Shown piece after piece: positions 20,778 to 29,970 of a stretch of 64,000 nucleotides of DNA (position 1 is the first letter of the stretch; each line of letters starts with the position of its first letter). Location of the stretch: NCBI GenBank assembly GCA_963664815.2, contig CAXXHB010000003.1, positions 2,464,001 through 2,528,000 on the forward strand. The letters run 5' to 3'. The stretch comes from Spirochaetota bacterium. GTDB taxonomy: Bacteria > Spirochaetota > UBA4802 > UBA5550. The notes beneath the pieces are model-generated. The model did no database searches and was not told where the DNA came from. It saw only the letters and a list, made by a program, of their open reading frames with translations. The translations under genes were made by a program, and so were the position numbers.

Positions 20778-22475
20778 TCAGTCATTCATCTTATATTCAC
20801 CTTTCAGCGAATAAACATATTTTTCCCATACTCTCTTGAATTTTTCAATATCTGCAACCGGATTTTTTATCATTTTTATGCAGTATTCAAGCTGTTTGGC
20901 AGTGTTGCTCTTTTTCTGATAAAGCTGTACGGCATATTTGGAAAAATCCCTAACAAGAACATCAAAAATCATATCGAGAATATCGTCATCAACATTATAG
21001 ATTTTAGCATTTTCAATTATAAGCTGGCCGTAAGCAACGACAGTCATCAACTCACCCATGGCTAGCAGATAATCTATATCATTGTTCTGTTCTTTAGTTG
21101 GTGTTGCATTAGAAAGGAACTCTTTAAATACTGTAATCTGTTCCTTTATAATTTTTATGTTAGGCAGATCCTTACTGTTATAAGCAATATTATAATCATG
21201 AAACTGAATTTTTGAAAGCCCGCTGGTTGGGCCCTGATCCATAAGAAATGAATCATTTCGTGCGTCGTCAACCTGAGGAATTTCAGGGAATGATCCCGGA
21301 TTGAAGAAATAGTTTGTAATAAATTTAACCACAAGCGCCATATTGACATGAACTGTTCCTTCAAGCTTGGGAAACATTCTTATTTCGGTTGTTGCCATTT
21401 CAAAATACGGCTCTTTCTCAAAACCTTTAGCAGCAATAACATCCCATAACAGATTAATAACCTCTTCACCCTCTCTTGTTACCTTCATCTTGCATAATGG
21501 ATCGTATAGTAAATATCTTCTGTCCTGTGCAGATGCCGTACGCATATAATCCACAGCTCTAAGGTTAAAGAGTTTCATCGCGCAGATTCTGAGATATGCG
21601 TCAGTAAAAAGCTGTTTTACATGAGGGAAGTCTGTGACATACTTGCCATAGAGATTTCTGTTAGCTGCATGATCAATTGCTTCATATAATGCATGTGTAG
21701 CAATACCCACAGCTCCAGGTCCAAGGTTGAACTTACATACATTGACCGTGTTAAGCATATTATCCCAGGCTTTCGGCCCTTTTTCAGTAATATCAGCTTC
21801 TGTGATCGGGTAGTCATGAACCGCATACTCTGAAACATAGTTCTGGTGGGCCACAGTATTTTTAATACACTCATAATTCGGATGTTTGGAATCAACGCAG
21901 AAAAATACATAATCATTCGTATCAGCAATCTTTGAAAATGTGGAAATCATTGCTGCTTCATTTCCATTCCCTATATAATATTTATCACCATTAGCAGAAT
22001 AAGTACCATTGTCCTTTGGATATAGCATCATATCGCTTGAATAGATATCAGCACCATGCTCTTTCTCCGAAAGTCCGAAAGCAAAAACCTCGCCCTGTTC
22101 AACAAGACTGGCGGCTTTATGCTTGGCCTCTTCATTACTGCCCATCCAGACAGGGCATATACCGAGCTGAGAAACATCCCATACATACCAGTATGCAATT
22201 CCGTAAAATCCCATGAGTTCGGCCCAATGATAAATTCTGTAGGTATCCCACCTGCTGTCAGAAGAACCGTATCCGGCAGGAGTCAGTAATTTCGCAAAAA
22301 TCTTATGTTTTTTCTGGAAATCAACAAAATCTTTCGGCCATACTCTTTCATGATAATCGTCCTTAATTTTTTTAAGACCTTTTTTTTCAAAAAACTCAAT
22401 CGTTTTGAGCATCATTTCCTGTGACTCTTTATCTGGAAATTTTACATCGTACTTTTTCGGATTTAATAAGATCAT
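20778..22475 (-). CDS. Acyl-CoA dehydrogenase (FadE4-like), tandem paralog
   Basis: Same motifs (FGLSEKEHGAD, PKLEGT) and collinear with 18609-20321. Confidence 0.92.
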   Translation of the reverse strand: MILLNPKKYDVKFPDKESQEMMLKTIEFFEKKGLKKIKDDYHERVWPKDFVDFQKKHKIFAKLLTPAGYGSSDSRWDTYRIYHWAELMGFYGIAYWYVWDVSQLGICPVWMGSNEEAKHKAASLVEQGEVFAFGLSEKEHGADIYSSDMMLYPKDNGTYSANGDKYYIGNGNEAAMISTFSKIADTNDYVFFCVDSKHPNYECIKNTVAHQNYVSEYAVHDYPITEADITEKGPKAWDNMLNTVNVCKFNLGPGAVGIATHALYEAIDHAANRNLYGKYVTDFPHVKQLFTDAYLRICAMKLFNLRAVDYMRTASAQDRRYLLYDPLCKMKVTREGEEVINLLWDVIAAKGFEKEPYFEMATTEIRMFPKLEGTVHVNMALVVKFITNYFFNPGSFPEIPQVDDARNDSFLMDQGPTSGLSKIQFHDYNIAYNSKDLPNIKIIKEQITVFKEFLSNATPTKEQNNDIDYLLAMGELMTVVAYGQLIIENAKIYNVDDDILDMIFDVLVRDFSKYAVQLYQKKSNTAKQLEYCIKMIKNPVADIEKFKRVWEKYVYSLKGEYKMND

Positions 22476-22786
22476 CAGTGCACCTCTTTTTTTATTTATT
22501 CAATCAGAGCCAATCAATATTTAAAATTATAATTTCTTTGTCTTAGTATAAAAACTGTTAAAGATTCAAATTTATACTACTTAAATTCTTGATCACTCAG
22601 TTAAATTTAACAATATACATTATCTTCTGTCAATATAATTGTTCATATACCTGGTAAATGAATTGCCGGTATAGTGTTAACACAGCTTCTGATAATATTA
22701 TCAGAATAAGAAATTGAATTTTATCTGGACAACTGTTTAATTTGAATTCATATGGCTCACAAAAATAGTTTAACCGGAGCAATCGG

Positions 22787-23944
22787 GTGAAAAAACAGGC
22801 TTCAGAAGTTACCATACATGAACTTAGTGAAATAATAGAAAAATATATTACCGGCGGGGAAAATCTCAACTATGCAATTAAAATACTCGGACATCCGGGC
22901 GTTGGGAAATCAGCACTTGTTAAAGAAATTGCTGATAAAATAAACTATTATTTTATTGATACACGGCTTGCATTCAAAGAGAATGTTGATCTTGGTGGAT
23001 ACCCTGTCCCGGATCATAACAGCAGGGAAATGGTATATTTCCGTCCTAAATTTATACCACCATTACATATTCCTGAAGGATATAAGGGTATACTCTGGTT
23101 CCTGGATGAATCCAACAGAGCACATCCTACAGTAATACAGACACTGTTTCAGATAATTACAGAGAATAAATGCGGCGAGCACCCGCTTCATAAAAAAACA
23201 TCGATAATCCTTGCCGGTAATCTTGGTGAACTTGACGATACAACAATCACACAATTTGATGATTCTGCACTTGACGGCAGACTAGCTATTTTTCATTTAA
23301 AGCCAACTGCCAAAGACTGGCTTTCATGGGGATACAACGAAGGTATTCATCCTTACATTATTAAATATATATCTTCGTTTCCCGAACAGTTATGGGATGA
23401 AGAACGGATAATCCCGAATCCCCGTGGATGGCACCAGATATCAAACACACTCAAATATTCATTCAGCATCCCGGATGGACAGTCCCTGATTGATTATTTC
23501 AAATACAACTCAGACAGTACTCTTGAAAAGGTTATATATTCTCTTGTAGGTAACATTGCCGGTTCTGATTTCATAATGCAGCTCACTGCACCGAGAACGA
23601 TAACAACCGAAGAGATTCTTTCAGGAAACAGGAATATACTGGAAAAGGTCAAATCCCGCGAAATCCCATTGGAAGATTTTTTATGGGCATTGAATGGAAC
23701 CATTGAAATCATCAAAGAGAAGGCCATAGCATCCAGCGGTAATCTTAACAAAGAAGATCTGATTCTTCTCTCTAATATTCTTACCTTTATCGGGTTTTCA
23801 AGGGGTGATATCAGAATGTCCTATTTCTTTATGCTCCTCAAACATTGTGGTATTTTTACTCTCATCCCTGATGCGATTAAATTACTCAACGACCCTGAAT
23901 TAACAGATGAACTCCGCCACAAATTCGAAAATATCTTTAACTGA
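22787..23944 (+). CDS. AAA+ ATPase (MoxR/CobS-related, DUF2201-associated)
   Basis: Walker A GHPGVGKS, Walker B LWFLDE, ILAGN, DSALDGRL, PNPRGW. Confidence 0.85.
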   Translation: MKKQASEVTIHELSEIIEKYITGGENLNYAIKILGHPGVGKSALVKEIADKINYYFIDTRLAFKENVDLGGYPVPDHNSREMVYFRPKFIPPLHIPEGYKGILWFLDESNRAHPTVIQTLFQIITENKCGEHPLHKKTSIILAGNLGELDDTTITQFDDSALDGRLAIFHLKPTAKDWLSWGYNEGIHPYIIKYISSFPEQLWDEERIIPNPRGWHQISNTLKYSFSIPDGQSLIDYFKYNSDSTLEKVIYSLVGNIAGSDFIMQLTAPRTITTEEILSGNRNILEKVKSREIPLEDFLWALNGTIEIIKEKAIASSGNLNKEDLILLSNILTFIGFSRGDIRMSYFFMLLKHCGIFTLIPDAIKLLNDPELTDELRHKFENIFN

Positions 23945-23959
23945 CTGCAGCATTTTACT

Positions 23960-25396
23960 ATGAAACTTGAATCTATCATCGAGAGTCTGTGGAGAAAAAG
24001 CCGGTTTACATCATATTTTTACCAGGGCGTTGATCTTATTGAAGAAAACTCCATACCAACACTTGCGCTCGCACTTTACTCATCAAGACTGGCACTGTTT
24101 TATAATCAAAAATTTATCTTATCACTTAATGATGATGAAATTACCGGTCTTTTTGTGCATGAGATGATGCATATAATACTAAACCATGATCATCGTGAAT
24201 TTCCGGATGGAGATATTTTCCTTCAGAACCTTGCACAGGATATGGTAATTAATTCATATATCACAGAAAACAGGAAAACATTCTTTTCTAAAACCAACCA
24301 GTACCTTCAGGATATTCCTGATCTGATACTCCCTTCAGGACTCCCATGCATACCTGAAATATTTTTTACTGATACATCAATCAGTGATCCCGTATGGGAG
24401 GATATCTACAGATGGCTGAAACACCGCCCGGAAGATGAAATTAAAAATTATAAAATCAATAGTACCATTGAAAAGAATTATGATATAAAGATCCCTGTAA
24501 AATCAGGCATTGAGCAGATGAAAGAAGATCTTGATAACCTCGATTTCACATTCAACACTGCTCCGCAGGAACAGTATGCCTCCTTCAGAGATATGACTGC
24601 TTTGATGTTCCAGAAAAATGATTCAGAACATATTCCTACAGGGATTCATGTTATGAATAAAAAAAAAGACATGAATATTATGGACTCTAAACTTGATCAT
24701 TTTATTACAGTTGCCGAAAAAGATGAACAATGTCTCAGCGAGAGGCCTTTCAAAGATATTGCTTCAATCATAAAAAATACACAGAAGAGTGATTTATCAT
24801 GGATCAGGAAAATAAAAAGCATTGTTGACATTACCTCTCAGTCAAATGAATGGGAATATTCATATCACAGGTTTAATAAACGGTATTTCACAGAGGGAAT
24901 ATATTCCCCCGGCAGATCATTTAAAGATAAAGCTGCAGTTACAATCGCAGTTGATGTTTCAGGATCTATGGTTATGAAACCGGGAGATATTGAAGCAGCA
25001 TTTGGAATAATTGAGGAGCTTCTTGTAAAATTTAAAATATATCTTTTATGCATCGATGAAAATCTCTTTATACCTGAAAAAAAAGATAACAAATTCGTAA
25101 AATCAGATAATAATAAACCATATGAATATAATAAAGGTGACTGGAAATTTATCAAAACTGGAAACAGTGGTACAACATACTTTGCTCCTCTTTTCAACAC
25201 TTATATGAAAAACCACACGGAACTTCTTATTGTTATAACAGACGGTTATATTTATGACATAGAACGGCTGAAAAGCTATGACAACACACTATGGCTTATC
25301 AGCGAAAGCCGCGAAGGTCTATTTACACCTCCATTCGGAAAATGTATAAAGATATCATCAGCAAACTTTGAAAAACGTTTTAAAATAACCGGATAA
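23960..25396 (+). CDS. HEXXH metallopeptidase + VWA domain protein (DUF2201-like)
   Basis: HEMMH...NLAQDMVIN; MIDAS elements DVSGS, GTT and ITDG. Confidence 0.85.
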   Translation: MKLESIIESLWRKSRFTSYFYQGVDLIEENSIPTLALALYSSRLALFYNQKFILSLNDDEITGLFVHEMMHIILNHDHREFPDGDIFLQNLAQDMVINSYITENRKTFFSKTNQYLQDIPDLILPSGLPCIPEIFFTDTSISDPVWEDIYRWLKHRPEDEIKNYKINSTIEKNYDIKIPVKSGIEQMKEDLDNLDFTFNTAPQEQYASFRDMTALMFQKNDSEHIPTGIHVMNKKKDMNIMDSKLDHFITVAEKDEQCLSERPFKDIASIIKNTQKSDLSWIRKIKSIVDITSQSNEWEYSYHRFNKRYFTEGIYSPGRSFKDKAAVTIAVDVSGSMVMKPGDIEAAFGIIEELLVKFKIYLLCIDENLFIPEKKDNKFVKSDNNKPYEYNKGDWKFIKTGNSGTTYFAPLFNTYMKNHTELLIVITDGYIYDIERLKSYDNTLWLISESREGLFTPPFGKCIKISSANFEKRFKITG

Positions 25397-25400
25397 TTTT

Positions 25401-26096
25401 ATGATAATCCTAAATGATAGCATTAATTCATTATACCTCGATGGAATAAAAAATCAGAATATTATTACAGATGAAAATATTAACGATATACTGGATTCCG
25501 GAAATCCTGAAATTATTTATCTTTGTGGAAAAGACTGGCAGAGATTCAACTACGATAAAGGGCTGAGTAAACTTGTTGCATCGGGTAAAACTGAATATGT
25601 TCATAAGGCTGGTATTTTCTGGCCCTCATTTGATTTTGATAAAGGACAGACATTTCTTATTCAACAGAGAAACAGTGAGTACCTCTACCGTGCCGGTAGA
25701 TTCTGGAAAGGTTACGATTACGATAAAGGGTTGAATGCTCTTGGTAAACTTAAAGATGCACGCTATATATATTATGCCGGAAAAGAATGGAAAACTTTCA
25801 ATTTTGAACAGGGTTTCAATTATCTGATGGATACAGGAAGTGCAGAATATATTTTTTATGCCGGTGCACACTGGCGTATATTCGATTTTAAAACCGGGAT
25901 GAGTTGCTTATTAAGAACCGTAAGTCCGGAATTTATCTATAAAGCTGGTACAATGTGGCGGGAATTTGATTATCTGTCAGCACTCAAAATTCTTGAATCT
26001 GAAGTTACAGCAGGTGAATTATGGAGAGGAAGATTGTTCGAAAATAAAAAATGGAAGGAAGCATTAAAACTTATATGGGATAATGCATGGGATTGA
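25401..26096 (+). CDS. Hypothetical protein with six 28-aa tandem repeats
   Basis: Consensus EYIYxAGxxWxxFD(Y/F)xKGxxxL repeated at a 28-aa period; starts 4 nt after the VWA gene. Confidence 0.8.
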   Translation: MIILNDSINSLYLDGIKNQNIITDENINDILDSGNPEIIYLCGKDWQRFNYDKGLSKLVASGKTEYVHKAGIFWPSFDFDKGQTFLIQQRNSEYLYRAGRFWKGYDYDKGLNALGKLKDARYIYYAGKEWKTFNFEQGFNYLMDTGSAEYIFYAGAHWRIFDFKTGMSCLLRTVSPEFIYKAGTMWREFDYLSALKILESEVTAGELWRGRLFENKKWKEALKLIWDNAWD

Positions 26097-26140
26097 TTTT
26101 AACAATCCCATGCTCATAGCGGTTTAAACCACTATGAGCA
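26085..26140. terminator. Two overlapping hairpins between convergent genes
   Basis: GCATGGGATTG/CAATCCCATGC and TGCTCATAG/CTATGAGCA. Confidence 0.55.
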
Positions 26141-26151
26141 AAAGGTACTTT

Positions 26152-27081
26152 CTATTCGTTCTTTAAATCCGCTTTGAATTTTTTAATTTCAGGTTTCATC
26201 CCGCTGACATCAGGTTTCTGAAAATTGCTTACTGCATCTTTGTTTGCATTTTTAGTTTCGTTCATATTCCCCTTTATTTCATCAGCTTTAATTTTAGTAG
26301 CATCTTTTACAGCTTCAACCATAGCTTTATCAGAAGATTTCTGATTCTCGACCATAGCTTTATTAGCATCTTTCTGCTCAACTACCTTGCCTCTTATCTC
26401 CTCCCTCTGTTCTTCAAACTTCCGTTTTATATCTTCCCTGAGTTCTTTAATCTCTTCTTTCATTTTTCTGATATTTTCAAGATTCTGCTGCTTCAGCTCA
26501 TTAACTGAAACAGGCTTACCCTTCTCAACGTTAGCTTCTTTCCCGGCTTCCACCTCAACAAACGAAGAATCATCGCTTGCTGTTTCCTTTACTGCCACTT
26601 TCCCTTCTATACATGCAATGTTACTCTTACCTTCGCTTTCACTTACAAGAAACTCTGTTCCACGAACACCGGCAACAGCAGTCGGAGTATTCACCCTGAA
26701 TTTTTCACCATCAACCAGTTTTCTCGTAACCTTTGAAAAAACCTTCCCGTCCTCAACATATATCTCAGTAGATTCCTTCTTTTCTGTAATATTTTTTGCG
26801 AGTTCTTTCATAATTACAGAACTTTTTTCCATTATCCTTATGACACTTCCTTCAAAATATATGTCAACTATAGCCTTTGCACCTGTTTTAACAACCATTC
26901 CCTCGGTTATTTTGTCACCAACATTCGCAGCGACTGTCTTCCCCTCTGCCACAAGTTTAACATCACCTGTAACAAAATTTATTAAACCATCATTCTTTAC
27001 AATTGATGGTCCCTCTTTTTTACAGCTTGTAAATTGTACTGTTAATAATGCTATGATTATTAAAAAAAATATTTTTTTCAT
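26152..27081 (-). CDS. FecR-domain lipoprotein (LipL45-like) with coiled-coil tail
   Basis: GGAGG RBS, lipobox FTSC, VNTPTAVAGVRGTEF FecR motif. Confidence 0.82.
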   Translation of the reverse strand: MKKIFFLIIIALLTVQFTSCKKEGPSIVKNDGLINFVTGDVKLVAEGKTVAANVGDKITEGMVVKTGAKAIVDIYFEGSVIRIMEKSSVIMKELAKNITEKKESTEIYVEDGKVFSKVTRKLVDGEKFRVNTPTAVAGVRGTEFLVSESEGKSNIACIEGKVAVKETASDDSSFVEVEAGKEANVEKGKPVSVNELKQQNLENIRKMKEEIKELREDIKRKFEEQREEIRGKVVEQKDANKAMVENQKSSDKAMVEAVKDATKIKADEIKGNMNETKNANKDAVSNFQKPDVSGMKPEIKKFKADLKNE

Positions 27082-27305
27082 TGTTCCTCCGGTTTTATAA
27101 TTATATAATTCCATTTATATAATTTCAGATTTTTTTATTTACAGTAATCCGCTTTCTATGAAAACAGATATTACTCCGGTATACATCTGTGTATTTAACA
27201 ATTTACTGTACTGCCGAACAGTTAAATACATTTACGCTATTATTTTTTTAATTCATTAAACAACACTAAAATATAACCCTGATTTAGAAAATCAACTTAA
27301 TTTTA

Positions 27306-29474
27306 TTAAATTTTCTTATAAAAAAATGCTTCAAGAATTTCGCATATTGTATCAATAAATAAATTTTCCTCAATAGGTTTACCAAGAACTCCATTAAAAC
27401 CCTCATTGCAAAAACGTTCTGCAAGTGATTCATTCAGCTCACCTGTCTGGATAATTACAGGTAGAACAGGATTTGTTTTTCTGATCTCTTTCAATGCGGA
27501 AATACCATCCAGTACCGGCATATACTGATCCAGTATTACAAGACTTATATTATCCTCACTTCTTACAATATCTATCGCCTCAAGACCGGTAGCCGCATAT
27601 AAAGATTTTACACTATATTTTTTCAACAGTTGTGATAAGTGCATATATATAAGATAGTTATCATCAGCAATCAGAATGGATTTTCCGCTGAGTACTTGCT
27701 CATTCCGTGCATTTGATGTCGCAGTATCTGAAATTAAATTCCTTTTAAAAAGATTTACCCTGGTTGAAATATCGCGCTGAATTATAATTTCATTTTGAAT
27801 GCCGATTACCCTTAATGGCCGTAAATTATCATTCCATTCAATAGCTTCTCCCCGGCTTCTGACATTTACAATCTTTCCGTTATTCATAACCATTCTGTAT
27901 TCGATATTGAAACTTTTACCATTAAATACATTTTCATATAATTCACTTTTTACCGACTCCCTGTCACTTTCATAAACAAAGCCCAGCAGTGTACTGATAT
28001 TATCCGGGTATGATTCCATTTTGTAACCCAGAAAATGAAAAAATTTTCTGTTATATCTGACTTTATCAGTTGCCAGATTCCACTCCCATAAGCCGTCCCT
28101 TACTGCTTCAAAAATCTGTTCAAGCCTCCTCTGATTCTTTTTAATTTCATCAATCAGTAATTGTTCTTTTGTAGTATCTGTAAACTGACACAGATACCCC
28201 TGCTCAGGATTCCCGGAGTTGATTTCAACCGGAAGGATAACCATTTCAAGAATAATTATACCCGTTTTACATGTATTAAAATACCCGGTTCCCCTGATTA
28301 AGTCAAAATCGAATTTCAATTCCAGATGAACATAATTATAATTTTTTAACCTAGCCTTAAACCATTCAGTAGATATAGGTGAATTTATAACATCCAGATT
28401 TGAAATTTCATAAGGATCTTCCACTCCAAAAATATTTATTACAGCTTCATTAAATAAAAGAACCTTGCCTGATGGATTCAGTATCAACAAACCGGATGGA
28501 GATTTATCAAATATCCTTTTAAATCTTTTTTCACTCTCTCTCAATTGAACCTGTGCTTTTTCAAGTTCATTCATCGAATAATGAAGCTCATCGGTTTTTT
28601 CTCTTATTCTTTTCCTCAGAACAAAACTGTTTATCAGAATGAAAAATATGAAAATAATCAGAGAGAAAACCCCTGCTGAAAGGTAAATTCCAGTTTCACT
28701 AAGAAAACTGTTTTCAGAATTTTCAATAAACCATTTTGAATAAATGCTGTTATATTTACCATTAATAAAAACAGCATTATATCCCTGTGAAAATATCCCC
28801 TCTTTAACTGCTTTATTTTTTCTTATTCCAAAACCGTAATCAAAAAAACCGATACTTACTGGAACCTCATTTATACCGATCAAATTCTGATTTGCTATTA
28901 TTTTTCTCGCGGATGGCCCTGACATGAAGACAACATCACATTCCTTTCTCTTGAGAATAGTAAAAGCATTAATTTCATCAACGCATACTATTGATTCAGT
29001 TTTTATAATCTTTTTTATTTCATTAATTACCTGACGAGCTACTGTATAATGTGCAGCAACAACAATTTTTTTATTCTGGAGATCATTAATAGAATAAATT
29101 TCTGAACCTGGATTCGAGAAAATTGAAAAATGAATTTTTAAGTTTGCCTTGAAAAATCTGAAAATCTTATCGTCATCATTTTTTATCATACCAAGCAATA
29201 TATCTACATCAGGATTATTTTTCAGATGTATATATCTTTCGTATGGAACCAGCTCGATACGACAGTTTAATTTTAATTCTTTTGAAATTTCATTAATAAG
29301 ATCAACTGAAAAACCGGCAGGCAAACCTTCATTATTTATATATTCATATGGATAGTTTTCCAGACAGCCTATTGCATAAATATCCCCTTTCGCCATTAAT
29401 GGGGAATTTTTTATCAATGAAATTACAATAATTAATATTATATCAAGACTGATTATTAAATTTTTATGTCTCAT
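27306..29474 (-). CDS. Membrane sensor: solute-binding domain-TM-PAS-PAS-receiver
   Basis: NYPYEY/AGFSVDL PBP, TM helix, two PAS domains (DGLWEWN), REC (IADDN, LDQYMP, KP). Confidence 0.8.
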   Translation of the reverse strand: MRHKNLIISLDIILIIVISLIKNSPLMAKGDIYAIGCLENYPYEYINNEGLPAGFSVDLINEISKELKLNCRIELVPYERYIHLKNNPDVDILLGMIKNDDDKIFRFFKANLKIHFSIFSNPGSEIYSINDLQNKKIVVAAHYTVARQVINEIKKIIKTESIVCVDEINAFTILKRKECDVVFMSGPSARKIIANQNLIGINEVPVSIGFFDYGFGIRKNKAVKEGIFSQGYNAVFINGKYNSIYSKWFIENSENSFLSETGIYLSAGVFSLIIFIFFILINSFVLRKRIREKTDELHYSMNELEKAQVQLRESEKRFKRIFDKSPSGLLILNPSGKVLLFNEAVINIFGVEDPYEISNLDVINSPISTEWFKARLKNYNYVHLELKFDFDLIRGTGYFNTCKTGIIILEMVILPVEINSGNPEQGYLCQFTDTTKEQLLIDEIKKNQRRLEQIFEAVRDGLWEWNLATDKVRYNRKFFHFLGYKMESYPDNISTLLGFVYESDRESVKSELYENVFNGKSFNIEYRMVMNNGKIVNVRSRGEAIEWNDNLRPLRVIGIQNEIIIQRDISTRVNLFKRNLISDTATSNARNEQVLSGKSILIADDNYLIYMHLSQLLKKYSVKSLYAATGLEAIDIVRSEDNISLVILDQYMPVLDGISALKEIRKTNPVLPVIIQTGELNESLAERFCNEGFNGVLGKPIEENLFIDTICEILEAFFYKKI

Positions 29475-29603
29475 AACACACTATTTAATCAATAAACAGT
29501 AAAATTATTCTTTTTTCAAGTGTTAATAGTTTTTTTTTAAAATTTTTTTATCCCCGCCCGGTTTTCATCGTAATAATAGAAAAATTATAATAAGGCGGTA
29601 TAT

Positions 29604-29951
29604 ATGCAGAATTTTTCAAACGCAACAATTGAGGGTTTTGTCACCCATGATCCTGCTACAAAAACAACAAAAACAGGCAAATCTTTATGCACATTCGCCC
29701 TTGCAATCAATCACTATTCAAAGAGTGATGAACCGCCCAGGGTATCGTATATTGAAGTTGAAACATGGGAAAAAACTGCTGATTTCTGTTCACGAAACAT
29801 AAGTAAGGGAAAACGGGTTATGGTAATGGGTTCTCTGCGTCAGGACAGATGGGAAGATGATAAAGGTAAAATTCAATCAAGATTAAAAATTGTCGGAACA
29901 GAAGTAAGGTTTCTTGAATCGGGCAAAGCGTCGGATGAAGCCAAAGAATAA
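29604..29951 (+). CDS. ssb: Single-stranded DNA-binding protein (short form)
   Basis: OB fold: GFVTHDP, FALAIN, KGKRVMVMGSLRQDRWED. Confidence 0.92.
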   Translation: MQNFSNATIEGFVTHDPATKTTKTGKSLCTFALAINHYSKSDEPPRVSYIEVETWEKTADFCSRNISKGKRVMVMGSLRQDRWEDDKGKIQSRLKIVGTEVRFLESGKASDEAKE

Positions 29952-29970
29952 GCCTCATCCGCATTTTTTA

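Noticed and set aside
26387-27100. 237-aa antisense ORF, and the many other shadow ORFs in the track
   Set aside because: They are antisense or out-of-frame to well-supported genes and have no RBS or motifs.
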